Assembly: GCA_043228905.1 (NCBI GenBank)
Contig: JBHGNT010000001.1
Location: 8,122,001-8,186,000 of the forward strand
Length of the DNA stretch: 64,000 bases
DNA from: Azolla caroliniana
Lineage: Eukaryota; Plantae; Polypodiophyta
Direction: 5' to 3'
This document shows, piece after piece, positions 37,801 to 49,770 of the stretch. A program made the translations under genes and the position numbers. Numbering within the stretch: position 1 is the stretch's first letter; the number at the start of each line of letters is the position of its first letter. A model generated the notes under the pieces. The model saw nothing but the letters and a program-made list of their open reading frames with translations, was not told the DNA's origin and searched no databases.

Positions 37801-40800
37801 GAACAATGCCTCGAGCTATGTAGTGAAGAACACGTTTCATGTCGTTTCATGTCTTAAGTAATTAATCCTTTAATTAATACACAGGGGAGAGAGAAAATAC
37901 TGAATATAGAAACCAAAGTAAATTAATAATTCTCTCTTAATTATCCCTTCTTGGGGTGTTAGAAGGTGTTTATATTTGTGAGAGGTGATGGAGGAGACAT
38001 CGTTCCTCCATCACCTTTCCTGTGCCCTCATTCCCCTCCTACTTCTACGTAGATCTTAATGAGCTCTAAACAATTATCTATTTTAATATTGGGCCTTTAT
38101 GTATCCATCAGAAGCTAAAATTACTAATACCAAAAATTCCCTTTTCCCTTTTCCATTTATATTCTTGATGTACACACTAATGTTTTATATAATTGAACGT
38201 CCAGACAACCAACATCAGCCAAAGGTCAAATGTGAGAGAGTACTAATTGAAAATTTGTCAGCCATTCATAAGGAAAGGTATTGAAAGTCCTAGTGTACAA
38301 GGTGGGTAAACAACTAGCCATGTTTGAAAGGGTAGGATTAGGAACAGACATGTTACTGGAAATGAAGTTATTTTAAGCTTCATTTTCTGACAAAATGTGT
38401 TAACCCACATGCCACATGTCCAACTTCCGTGAAATGCTATATGAATGCTGATTAGCATTCTAATCTTCTGTTTTCTGCAGCAGTTTTTGTGTTGCAACGA
38501 CGCCATTCCCAATGTTATTATTGTAGGATGCTATTTAAAGTTTTTCCATTTTCTTTCTAGGATTCTCCTATTGATGTGACAATTGGACCATATGAAACAT
38601 ACGAAGATGGTTTGTTTGGTTATAAGGTACATTTTTTTACGACACGCTTACTGTATTCTAATAATAGTTCATAGGAAGTATTCTGTATATTTATGCTGTT
38701 ATACGGCATTTGGAGTAAAAAGTAAGCCATCAAGTTGAAAATATACTACACCAAGTTCATGGAATTCATTATTCTTCGATTTGTTTATAAAGATTATATA
38801 TAAAAACAATTTTTCTCAAATGGTAGTTACATGCGTATTGATTGATGGAGACATGGCATGCTTGTATGGTTTGAGCAAGCACCTATGCATGTGGAAGTGT
38901 ATATTTAAGATGTGATTGTGGCACTTGATGTTAATAATATAGTTTTGGTGGGTAATACGATTGCACAAATCTTGGAGGCTTTTACTATTGTTTGATACAT
39001 TGTCTCTTGGATTTGAAATACCATTATAATAATGATGATTGTGTTCATAGTGAATGCTATCGATGTTGCTCTCACATTGGCGTTGCGCATCAATTCTGAA
39101 GATGTTGATCCATTGCATAATTGGCAAAATGCCTGCAAGATGATGAAGCTGCTTACCTATTATGTGATCATACTTTGTATCTGCATTATCTAGGGTTTTC
39201 ACAAGGGCTGCTTACCAATAATCTGACTTCCCTCTAGAGGGCTCACTTATTCATCTCCTTAGGTAAACTAAACCAATGGAGGTTTCTGTCAAACTGTGAA
39301 CAATAGGAAAAACCCTCCATTTATCTCCATATCACGATCAGAAACCCAATTCTCATCACTAATTCAACATTGTAATACATTAAATTATGAGCGGTAAACC
39401 CACTCACTCACTGTCTATTGCACAAATTCTATTAAACTAATATAATAATCAGTCTTGTGTAATATTGGGCTATGTCTTCACCTCCTAATGGCTGTCCTTA
39501 ATGTCTTAAAAGAACTGATGATTTTATGTTCTCTATGAATTGATTGATGCTGTCTTCTGTCCAGCATTTCCAAAATGAAAATAGTGCGATTGTATTCAGT
39601 TTCTGCAATTTGACATCATGCCCATTTTACATGTTAATGATCATAAAAAACTTTTCATGTTAATGATCATAAAAAACTTTTCATGTTAATGATCAGGCCA
39701 CATTTGAGGCTTACATTGGGATACGTGATGATGTTGCCACTTCGCAAGTGAAGCTTTTTAGTAACTATCTCCAGGTATCAATTTGGTTGTAATATCTTAG
39801 ATTCACGTGACAATGGTCAGAACTAATAAAGAGATTTTTTAGGAATTGGAAGATAATCTTCCTTTAGATGACAAGTATAAATCCAAGGATGTAAAGGCAT
39901 CTCCCATACGTGTCATGCAGCTTCTCTTTAATGCTGGAGTGAGTTCATTTTGCTAATCAATTATGCTTCCTGAGCTAATTAAAAGTAAATAAAGAGAATT
40001 TGCACATCATCTTGATTGCATTTACTTTCCAAAATAGGATGTTAAGGGACCTCAAACAATAGCATTCAATCTTCCAAATGATGAAAGAGTCATTAAGAAA
40101 CATGGGAGTGCTATGGTGATGATGAAAAACGTATCACAAGCAAAGTAAGTGATTTTAAAAGTATGTAGTGACATTTTTGTTTTCTCATTGATCTGTTGAT
40201 TAATCTGCTATTGTCATTGTTGTAGATTTGACAATATATTACTACCAATCGCTGAAGTTTGCATTTTAGAGTCACAGCAAGGAAATGTTGATTTCAATTC
40301 GTACTTCACTCACATAATTTGTCATGAATGTTGTCATGGGATTGGGCCACATTCCATTACACTTCCAGATGGCAAACAGACAACAGTTCGGCTTGTATGT
40401 TCATTCATCTACATTCTCAGCCAAAGCATTATGTACTTAATACTGCACTAACTAAATGGTTTCATTCAAGCTGTCATCCGTGAAGCTAATCTTTAGTTGT
40501 GCATGGGCCAAATGAACAGGAACTTCAGGAGCTTTATTCATCTATAGAGGAGGCAAAAGCTGATATTGTGGGTCTTTGGTCTCTTCACTATCTCCTTGAC
40601 AAGGTCAAAGGACATTTGGATGCAAGCTATATTCTTTATGGAAGTAATCAGCTTCGTATTTATGTTCATAATTGTTTCATTTTTTCATGTGTCAGAATTT
40701 ACTTCCCAAACAGTTAGAGGAGTGTATGTATGTTTCATTTCTAGCTGGGTGTTTTCGTTCCATACGCTTTGGCCTACATGAAGCTCATGGGTAATTCTAG

Positions 40801-41684
40801 AAGTTACCAAATCTGATCATTTATGAATAGCTCTTGCCAGATGCTAGATTTTGACAAAATTCACGTGCATTAATGCTCCTCTGCAGTAGGGGTCAAGCAT
40901 TGCAGTTCAACTGGATACATGAGAAAGGGGGATTTGTAATGCATCCAAATGGTAGATTTTCTGTTGACTTTTCTAAGGTAACTGAAAGAAACGCTGATAG
41001 AAATTATGGATCTGTTGGTTTAAGGATTGGAATGACCACAACTTTTTCATTATTAATACTAGGTAAGGCATGCTGTTGAAAGTCTTTCTAATGAGATTCT
41101 GACTATCGAAGCTAAGGGAGATAAAGAAGGTGCCAGGGGAATTCTTGATGCATATGCAACCATTACACCAGCTTTACAAAGAGCATTGGATTTTTTAGAA
41201 AATGTTGCGGTGAGGAGATTAGTTCTTCTTGTTGTTGAAATAATGCTTAATCTCTATTTGCATGAGCATGTCGTTTCTCAATAAGATATAGAGGACTATA
41301 ATGTGCGCTCTAAGATTTCTTAGCCTGTCAGCAGATATATTTATATGATGCTCATTCTCATCCTATTTTGCGAGTTAAAACAAATACTCTCTTCCCTTTT
41401 TCATCAATGTGGTGAGAAGTCATCAGACCATCTCTTTCGGAACCTCCTCTATTGTGCCTAACCTGAAATGGTTGCCATTGGCTCATCTCTATCATTATAG
41501 TGAGGGGGTAGATGATGTCCTTGGCGATATGAACAATAGCTTGGCGTTTATATATACTCATCATAGTAATGTGGTATCCTTTTCCTTGGTTTACTGTTCA
41601 TGTTTATTGGCTATGCAGGTACCTGTGGATATAGCTCCTACGTTTGACGTCGTTAACCAACTTACTGTGAAAGGTTTTCAGTAA
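25624..41684 (+). CDS. NUDT3: Nudix hydrolase 3 / dipeptidyl peptidase III (peptidase M49) fusion
   Basis: 21 in-phase GT-AG exons: 25624-25724, 28217-28396, 29095-29172, 29450-29546, 32549-32682, 33180-33261, 33805-33891, 34878-34984, 36798-36969, 37123-37355, 37456-37537, 38561-38626, 39697-39774, 39843-39938, 40038-40144, 40226-40394, 40520-40603, 40696-40790, 40887-40977, 41063-41209, 41619-41684. Nudix box [22 protein letters not shown]; M49 motifs [23 protein letters not shown]. Confidence 0.96.
25934..26236 (-). repeat. Unassigned decayed repeat in NUDT3 intron 1, related to 23864-24118
   Basis: Same ttgatcacattcaa core and ECDQ...DNG translation as the partner copy. Confidence 0.4.
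26381..26417 (+). mobile_element. 20-bp LINE 3' end plus (CTTT)n tail inside a (CT)n tract (copy B)
   Basis: (ct)n cttagaagacgttaatatat(cttt)4 (ct)n. Confidence 0.75.
27675..27935 (-). mobile_element. Old degenerate copy of the same LINE (copy C)
   Basis: Translates [38 protein letters not shown], versus copy [41 protein letters not shown]. The stops arise from C-to-T changes. Confidence 0.75.
30362..30482 (+). pseudogene. atpA: Nuclear insertion of a plastid atpA fragment (NUPT)
   Basis: [39 protein letters not shown] matches CF1-alpha [45 protein letters not shown], with a 6-codon deletion between the two EL repeats. Confidence 0.9.
30485..30914 (+). mobile_element. L1-type LINE 3' fragment
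   Basis: [24 protein letters not shown] is typical of the L1 ORF2 C-terminal W.IW..RN region; ends in a short A-run at ~30907-30914. Confidence 0.65.
30916..31520 (+). mobile_element. Ty1/copia RT-RNase H remnant
   Basis: [22 protein letters not shown]...[53 protein letters not shown] and QTMDIFIKA occur in canonical copia order, with frameshifts. Confidence 0.85.
32900..32999. repeat. 42-bp tandem repeat x2.4
   Basis: ttaattgtttccatagcttgaatattgtggagcttatgctca repeated exactly. Confidence 0.9.
34145..34650 (-). mobile_element. ~500-bp 5'-truncated (CTTT)n-tailed LINE (copy D) in a (GA)n tract
   Basis: ORF C terminus QRTITTFF...[20 protein letters not shown]...LQYT*, then 3'UTR, hairpin aggcca-ttt-tggcct and tail; abuts (GA)n at 34075-34146. 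Confidence 0.8.
34655..34820 (-). mobile_element. ~135-bp LINE 3'UTR plus (CTTT)n tail (copy E)
   Basis: Near-identical to 34147-34284; flanked by a residual agagag and by (GA)n at 34823-34859. Confidence 0.8.
39630..39695 (+). repeat. 26-bp tandem repeat x2.5 forming the 3' splice site of NUDT3 exon 13
   Basis: catgttaatgatcataaaaaactttt x2, then catgttaatgatcaG|exon. Confidence 0.85.
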
Positions 41685-42645
41685 CTCCGTTGATCATGGA
41701 TGAGGGCATGAGCATCGACCATGAATGACAAATGATTGCTTTCAACTCATTAATCACAAATCTTTGCTCTTTGGAACTCTTATTAAAGCTTTCAACTCAT
41801 TAATAGATCGGATCTCCTTTGTTCTCAATTTGTTAGATCAATTAATCTTGTCATATTTTTATCATCAAATATATGAGATCAAAAGAGATTAACTACGTCT
41901 TGCCCCATATTGCCCCACAACAGCATAATCAACCCCTTGGGAGTACTTGTTTGAGGCACCTCAAGAGTATTTTTTGTTATTAGACAAATTGGCTCAACCT
42001 CAAAGCCGAAGTAGAATTTATATTTGCACTTCAGCAAAACCTTCTAGAGACCAAAGTTCTACTCTATGTGCAACGTCTACCCCACATATAGTTTCATCTC
42101 TTGTGAAAGTTTCACAACTCTTACAGGACTAAGCATGTCTTTCAATGATAAATCCATCCATTGCTTGTATGAAAACAGTCGTGAAAATTTTAGATTGTTA
42201 AAATGTACGTATGTACATACATCCTATACGTAACTAGGCTAGGATTGGATTTTCTCATGATACAGAAATCCTCTTTTACCACACCTTAGGAAGTTCTTTG
42301 GTTGAGAGGTGTTTGTGATTTGAGCTTGCCATAGAACCTATAGAAATTAATGATAAAATAGTGCTCAGTTCTGTTCCATGTTTTGGTTTAGCATTGATCA
42401 TTAGTACTACGGGAATAGAGCACAATATCATGGATATGAGGTCTGCTTGATTTGTTGGTTTGTAGACCATGTGAGCATTATGATTGAATTATGCTTGATG
42501 TATTTATAACATTATACAAATTATTGCATGCTCATTGTATCAAAGAAGAGCATAGTGCATGTGTCTTACATCCTCTGTTTCTTAGTTTAGTGTTTTATTA
42601 TTGTAAATAAATGAAAAATCAATTCTTGCCATTTGTTAGACTTAG

Positions 42646-42892
42646 ATGACACAATGTTATACTTCGTTGGTACATATTTGTCTTATCTACATGAATCATG
42701 CATGGGTACATGCTTTTTGTCATCTTAGGAAATTGTGTTCCTTATGTCTATCTTCTCATGAATGCTCAAATGACAACACAATGTTATGCCTCTTTGGTAC
42801 ATATATGTCTTATCTACATGAATCATGTATGGGTGCCTTTTGCCATCTTAGGAAACTGTGTTCCTTATGTCTATCTTCTCATGAATGCCCAA
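42646..42892. repeat. ~124-bp tandem duplication
   Basis: acacaatgttat...catcttaggaaa.tgtgttccttatgtctatcttctcatgaatgc occurs twice. Confidence 0.85.
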
Positions 42893-43989
42893 ATATCATC
42901 ACAATTATCTCTTATTGGTCATATTTGATAACAAAGTCAATGTGTTTCCATTTTTGTTTTTTTTGTTTTTAAAAAAAACTTGGTACTAATTTTACTAATG
43001 GTTGCTATTTCTTGATTGTCTGATTTAATTATGAGATAATAAAGTAATAGCAATTGTAAACCACTCTTTTGTTAAGTAGTAGTAAAGGATTGGTGAGAGC
43101 CATGTAGGAAAAAACCATTGACACTATATGTTACAATACAAGGTGCAACCTTGAGGAACGCCCTCCCTCTCTACAAGTTTACGGAATGCCTTCCAACATA
43201 ACAAAAAGGAGATGGAACAATATTGTATCCGGCCTTGACAAAATAAGAGCATTGTCTATAGTCTATATATTTTAGTAGCCACATTATCACCTAGAAGGAG
43301 TTTTAAATGGTATATGTTATTGAGTTATGGTGGCCATGGTAAATTTGCAACAAGTTGAGTTGGATGAGTCATTTTCATTGTGAACTAATAGGTATCCACA
43401 CCCTTCTGCATGTTGATGGAAGAGCACACAGCATGTATGTCAACATAAAGTTTTTTTTTTTTTTTCCAAAAAGACGGCTAAAAAATGTACAATTAGAGAG
43501 TGTTATATACAAAAAGGATGATCAGGGCAAGGGCCAAGGGTTATGTCAACATAATCTTGTTTGATGGTGATATGAAGAAGATAGGGAAGATTTTCCATAT
43601 GTTTGTGGAAACACATTTGCTTTGTTGATAGTGTGCACCCAACCAAACATGTATATCTATGCAATTATCTAGATCATTGGGCTTGGATATCCATGTGTAG
43701 AAAGAAGTGCCACACATCTCTTGCATATTAGAGTCTCCGTAGAGAATTGGGCATATGATATCCACTACTGAAACATGTATCAATGTGTTGGGGACAGAGC
43801 AACATCCGACGTGCATCTGTCACATTTATCTTTCTATCTGATGGGCAATGTGTTCATGTTGTGGTGGATGTGCGCAAGAACAACTTGAGAAGCACCTACT
43901 ACGGGGGATCGAAACACGACATATTGATATGTAGAGAGGCCATGGAACATATTGACACATAGTGGGGTCAACTCAGCATGCTCAATCAT

Positions 43990-44450
43990 TGAACTAGGTG
44001 ACGATCCATAAGATGACTAAATCTTGGCCCTAGTAGGGGTTCGTTGAGATGACGCAATCCTGTCGCTCAGCTGGCCATCTGCTATTGGCTTCCAATGAGA
44101 TTTGGACCTACTCAATGGGGGAACTCGATGACATGCCTTGAAGAAGGGTGGTATGATGGCATTAGTGTGTATGAGAACATGGGCACTGGCATTCGCGAGC
44201 ATGAAGCTCAAGGAGGAGGATGCCATCATCTCCATGATGGTGTCGAGATCCAACTCTAGGAATTCTATGACCAAAGGTTTGGTTGATGTGTAGCAAGGCG
44301 TCTAGGAGTCATAGACAATATTACCATGAGTATATGTCTATCTCCTTTCTTTGGAATGCTCTCCGACTAATGAGTTGCTCGATGTATCACAAGACGGGAC
44401 ACCTAGTTTGGAGTCACAACCAAAGTTACTATGAGTAGAAGTCGGTGTCC
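43990..44450 (-). pseudogene. PADRE/DUF4228 pseudogene, C-terminal remnant most similar to the 46803 gene
   Basis: Minus strand gives THSNFGCDS...*YIEQLISR, DLDTIMEMMASSSLSFMLANASAHVL and gcagatggccagctgagcg, followed by homologous 3'UTR. Stops and frameshifts present; core domain absent. Confidence 0.8.
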
Positions 44451-45119
44451 TTTCGTTGAAATGGTTACCTCTATGAACTCTCCCATTTTTATATCCTCCC
44501 CCTCCCCTTCCCCCTCACCCACACCGCCAACCGCATATTCTACATCTCTCCATACGACACACGTTAATCATATGTATGTTGCCCAACTTTTTGTCCCCAC
44601 CACCTCCCAAAGACATGTTGATGGTAGTGTTTCTCATTCACTCAGAGTTTGCGTTTTTCAAAGTCATCCTACCTTGTACACATTCCCACAAAAGTGTAGC
44701 ACACTTAATGACAAATTGCAACTTTTGGAATCCTATGCTATATGACAATCTACTACCCTCTCTCTATTATTTTGAGATGACGTGTCTTATTTGACTTAAC
44801 CCTAGCACGAATGCCACACAGCTTCCTTCTATCATCTTATCATAGGTGGTCCACACAAACATAAGGAAAAAAGGGCAACTATTACAAGGTTGACCTTTGC
44901 CTATTGTCAAAGAACAACTTTATATTAAAATAATTATTAAATTATAAACCTATCACTTTTTAGACTCATGAAATAGTGAAAAATTTGGGGTGTTATCACC
45001 AAGTTGGGATGCCCACTTGTCTTGATTTATTTTCAAGTTTGAAATTCAGAATTTGGTGCTCTCTCCAAGTTGGATTGTCCATTTCTCTTGATTTATTTTC
45101 AAAGCTGAAATTCATTGTC

Positions 45120-45730
45120 ACAATTAAATAACAACTTTCACCTTTTAACTTTTAATGTGAGCGTACCCATTCACTCTAAACAATTAGTTGAATATGCTCT
45201 TTATGTCAAAACCTTGTTGAGGTTCTTAAGTCAACTCTTTTTTCGAATACATCACCAAGGTGATAAAGTCAACGCTTCACTAAGATGTTAATAAACTCAG
45301 TTGTTCACTATTTTCCTGTTTTGCTTGAGTTTGAAAACCATTGTTCTAAAATAATATTGGAAGTATTATCCTAAAATAACTACGCACAAGCCAACTGTTA
45401 AAAATACGAGTTGAGAACAAGATACTTTTGAACTCCAAGTAACAATCGTCCGCACAAATTTAGAAAATCATGTCAAACCAATAAGATAAAACGAAAACTT
45501 TAATTGTATGCTTTTAAATAGTCTACATGGATATAGTCCAAAACTCATTCGGCATACATAATAATCAAGCAAAATCTCGTGTGGAGTTAATTTAACCCGT
45601 TTACTACACATTAATTTGGACTAGCTTCTCAATCTCTCATTTTCAACACAATTACTCATCCAAAAAGAGAATTATGAAAAACTCAGCATCCTTAATAATA
45701 GTTGAAAAACCTAGTAGTAGATGCAATTTG
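45120..45730 (+). repeat. AT-rich dispersed repeat R, copy 1
   Basis: Shares patches such as ttactcat.c.aaaa...aattatgaaaaa with 49130-49770 (+) and 55100-55715 (-). Confidence 0.55.
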
Positions 45731-46192
45731 CAATATATGTGATTTAATTGTTTGAAGAATAATATGAAGTCAACCTATAGGTTTTCTACATTGGGCTTTC
45801 AATATCCTATTACATGGAGAGAAAACACAAGTCCGATATAATATAAATTATTGTCAAACTTTCCCTCAAGCTATCACGGGAAGGATGAAAAGTCGTTTAG
45901 ACATTCAAAGAATAAGGAAATGCCCTTAATTAGCCACAAGTTTTACAATATATTCGTAAATTCTCCTCCCAACATCTAAAAAGAGAAAAAGTGGGAAAAA
46001 TCATGTGGATCATTCTTCGAGGGGAATGAATTGAGCATTTGTATAATTGTTGGGATAACACACACTATTGCTCCAGAGAGGCGTTGACCAAAAAGGTGTT
46101 TTAGTTGTATCTTCCAATCTTTTCGGTTTGCGGATAGGTAACCCCATCCTTACGGGGGGCCATTGAAAATCGAGTTCACACGACACAAGTCT

Positions 46193-46225
<33 letters not shown>

Positions 46226-46435
46226 TTTCTTGTTCAATGATGTGTGGTAAGATTCTTTCCGCGCTTGTTGCCAAATGGGCAAGTGTGTGCGTGTGGGGGG
46301 GGGGGGGGGGGGGCGCCCGTAAGACGTCCTTTTTTTATTGGTATGTTTGGGTTTGCACTCTGGAGTTGGACCACCCACGATGATGACACACGGTAGAAGG
46401 GAGCCCAAGACAGAAAGAATGACACACAACACTAT

Positions 46436-46471
<36 letters not shown>

Positions 46472-46802
46472 CCAAGTTGGGGGCACATTGTACACATGTG
46501 ATGAACGCGTCGTGTGTTGCCCCCTAATCTATCACTTTCTGTCAGTATCTTCTATCAGTAGTATGTACGTATGTATAAGGTCAAATGAGGAGGATATAAA
46601 AAGGGAGAGATAGATGCAGAACAGAACAGAACAGAACAGAGTAGGGATTTCATCTCTATCTCTATCTTTATCTTGATTCTTATCTTATCTAGCACAACAG
46701 ATTTATTTACAGCCCTAAGAAGAGAAGAAGGAACCAGTCAAGCAGCCTCCCCTCCCCTCCATCTCTGCTTCATCAATCCAAACAGCGCTCCAAAACAATC
46801 TT

Positions 46803-47609
46803 ATGGGGCTCAACTTCTCGTCTTCTTCTCCTTCTCCTTCTCCTTCTCCTTCTCCTTCTCCCACCTCCACCACTGCCTTGACATTGAAGGAGCTTCGGAG
46901 AATCAGAGTGCTGGACATGGCCCATGGTGGCACCGTCCAAGACATCCCCTCCCCCATCCCTGTCTCCCAATTCCTCCTCCGACTCCATCACAAATGCCCC
47001 GACTTCCTCCTCTGCGATTCGGCGTCCATCCGTGTCGGGAAGCGGCCATGCCCCCTCCGCCCCTCTGCGCTTCTCGCCCCCGGCCATCTCTACCTCCTCC
47101 TCCCCCTCTCCGCCTTCCAGAAACGCATCGTGCCTTCCGCAGCTTCCCCTCTTTCTGCCGCCCTGCTCCTCCTCCTCCAGGACAAGCACACGACTCAGCA
47201 GCAAAAAAAGATGGGCGCGCGGGGCGGCCTCCATGGCCAGAGGAGGACAAGAAATAGAAACAGGGTTGCGCCTTCCCCTGCTGCCGCCGCTGCCGCTGTA
47301 TCTCCCGATCCCACCATAACTACCCATAGTAATATCGTATGCGACTCGGATCCGGATGCCGTCTCACGATACATCGAGCAACTCATCGGTCGGAGCAATT
47401 CCTGGCGGCCGGACCTCGATGCCATCGCAGAGATCGCATCATCCTCCTCCTCGAGTTCCATGCTCGCGAGTGCCAGTGCCAATCTTCTAGTGCATGCGAA
47501 TGATCGAATTATTCCCCCAGTGGTTCCAACTCTTACGAAAGCCAGTAGCAGATGGCCGGCTGAGCGGCAGCATCGAGTCATCTCAGCCATCTCGAAGACT
47601 GGCTTCTAG
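46803..47609 (+). CDS. PADRE/DUF4228 family protein (268 aa, intronless)
   Basis: MGLNFS myristoylation-type N terminus; IRVLDMAHGGTVQDIPSPIPVSQFLL...FLLCDS...LAPGHLYLLLP core; SWRPDLDAIAE motif. Confidence 0.85.
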   Translation: MGLNFSSSSPSPSPSPSPSPTSTTALTLKELRRIRVLDMAHGGTVQDIPSPIPVSQFLLRLHHKCPDFLLCDSASIRVGKRPCPLRPSALLAPGHLYLLLPLSAFQKRIVPSAASPLSAALLLLLQDKHTTQQQKKMGARGGLHGQRRTRNRNRVAPSPAAAAAAVSPDPTITTHSNIVCDSDPDAVSRYIEQLIGRSNSWRPDLDAIAEIASSSSSSSMLASASANLLVHANDRIIPPVVPTLTKASSRWPAERQHRVISAISKTGF

Positions 47610-47710
47610 GGTAGGGATCCACTTTGACATCTCTCAACGGTTGGCGCCTAGGGTCTAGATGGGATCCAGTCACCATATGCATCTTCATATAGTGTAATGA
47701 TGGACATATC

Positions 47711-47847
47711 CTAATTTGAGGCCACTACAAATCTATGATGGGACTATGCTAATTTGAGGCCATTACAAATCTATGATGGGACTGTGCTAATTTGAGGCCA
47801 TTACAAATCTATGATGGACTACCTAATTTGAGGCCCACTACAAATCT
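47711..47847. repeat. 38-bp minisatellite x3.7 downstream of PADRE gene 1
   Basis: ctaatttgaggccaytacaaatctatgatgggactrtg head-to-tail with no spacers. Confidence 0.9.
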
Positions 47848-49129
47848 GTATGTTCCAAATGGCCTCTCCATCAACAAATCAAATGGATATCCATGCTCTT
47901 TCAACATTTAATGGATATACAGGCCCAGGCCCAGGCCCAATGCTTCTAGACAGACAAGTATGGGTACATGGCATCAACAAATCAAAAGTATTCCTCTCAT
48001 ATGGACAATTATATCAACACCCACATCATGTGCTCTTATATACACACAGGCAGAAGGCGTGGATACATAAGCAAAAAGGCTCTATTGAGGATGCTTTGAT
48101 GTGTATCGTTCATGGCGGAAAATGTTTCGTACAGCTAAATTATGCTCCTATTGCAAATTAACCATGGCCAACATAATTCGTTTTTTAACATATATACCTT
48201 TAAAAATTGCCAGTAGGTAGTTTGATTACTGATATATACATATCTATAGACCATATGCAATGCTCATTGTTTTCTGAAGGCCAGATATATACAATATTGT
48301 TCCCCCACCTTGTTATGTGGGAAGACAATACATTCTTTGAATTACACTTTGCAGACTCTGAGATTAATTTGGACAAATCCTTCACGTCCGCCCGTTCTTT
48401 CTTGTAATTTTCATACCATATGGATAATCAATCAGAGCCCCTACCCACACATTTCTTGTAATTTTTAGACCATGGATAATCAATCAAAGCAGGACTAACT
48501 TGGGACTGAAGAGCAACCAGTAGCTTCATCTTCGGATGAAATGTTTTGTATTTTGTATTCACTTTGACCTGATCTAGCACAACATTAATGGTGTACACAA
48601 AGGCAGAGTTGGTGAGAACCACCCTTAACCTAGAGCCGTCTGATTAAGACCCTTCCAACTCAATTATTATATCCCTGATTGAGACTTCTTTCATGCCGGT
48701 CAACATATTTCTTTGTTAATTCTCAAATATTTTTATGTTTTCTACGAAATCTTTCTTCATTGTCATACTAAATGTTTTCCTTTCTCTTTAATTGCCATTA
48801 ATTAATTCACATGAGCTGTTGGAAGAAGAACATATTATTACTATCAGAACAAAGAGTTTCATTACGAAATTGGGGGGACTTATGTTGTCATAGCCCACTT
48901 TAAAATATGTCTTGGAATTTCCCCTTGAGGCTCTCACTATTACACTCATGATTTGTTTGGAAGATCTAGAAATTGTACTGAGATTCTACTTAATGTACAT
49001 GAGACGAACACCTGCATCTCTATCTAAGCCACAATTAGATATGGTTTTATCGAGAATGATTATATTAGAGGTTGATGCGAAATTCCTAAGTCGCCTTTTA
49101 TGGCGTTGTGCTCATTTATACTTGCCCCA

Positions 49130-49770
49130 CCCGGATGAAAACTTGCCCTTGGCCATAATTTTGTAACAAGTAGATGAATATCTCGGTCAATTTTAAGAAT
49201 TGAAAAATGTGTTACACATGTTTAAGTCTCCCTCAAAGTTCAATTGCGAAATCGTGCTTCATTAATTTAATCAAACTTTCACACCTTAACATTTGATGTC
49301 AAAAACATCCGCAGTCTCAAAAGACGTCGCTTAACAATGTAAATTAAAAAGCTTTATGAAGGTTAAGGTTGAAGAACTAATTTCTTGAAACAAGTAACCA
49401 AAGGTCAAAGTTTCATTAAGGTTAAACCCGAACCCTAACCATTACTATTTTTAATAGTTTTGCTTGGGGTATTGACAGTGAAACAATTTGAGAATATGGG
49501 AGGGGATTCTAAAAACCAAGTAACAATCTCTTATGCCAATTTGAGAGTTAAGGCATAGATCCTCCCATATGTGTTAACATCATCATGGCTTGCTTAATTA
49601 TATGTAGTTTATGTGGATCTAGTTCCAAATTTTTATATATAGTGAGGCAAACCATTTTTGGCTACTTGCAATTACTCATTCCAGTAGTACACATTCTTAA
49701 TGCAAGTACTCATTCCAAAATAAAATTATGAAAAATTTGACATTTTAGTGTATGCTTTAAACCTAGTAAC
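49130..49770 (+). repeat. Dispersed repeat R, copy 2
   Basis: tgaaaacttgccc...tcaaagttcaattg...atgcaagtactcattccaaaa aligns with the reverse complement of 55100-55715. Confidence 0.65.

Noticed and set aside
40322-40340. HECCH instead of HEXXGH in DPP III, and the Nudix-M49 fusion, as novelties
   Set aside because: Already established for plant NUDX3-type Nudix-DPP III proteins.
47711-47847. 38-bp repeats as a CRISPR array
   Set aside because: Head-to-tail units with no unique spacers, no cas genes, plant nuclear context.
48500-48520. miR319-like sequence ttgggactgaagagc
   Set aside because: Partial match only, with no fold-back partner seen.
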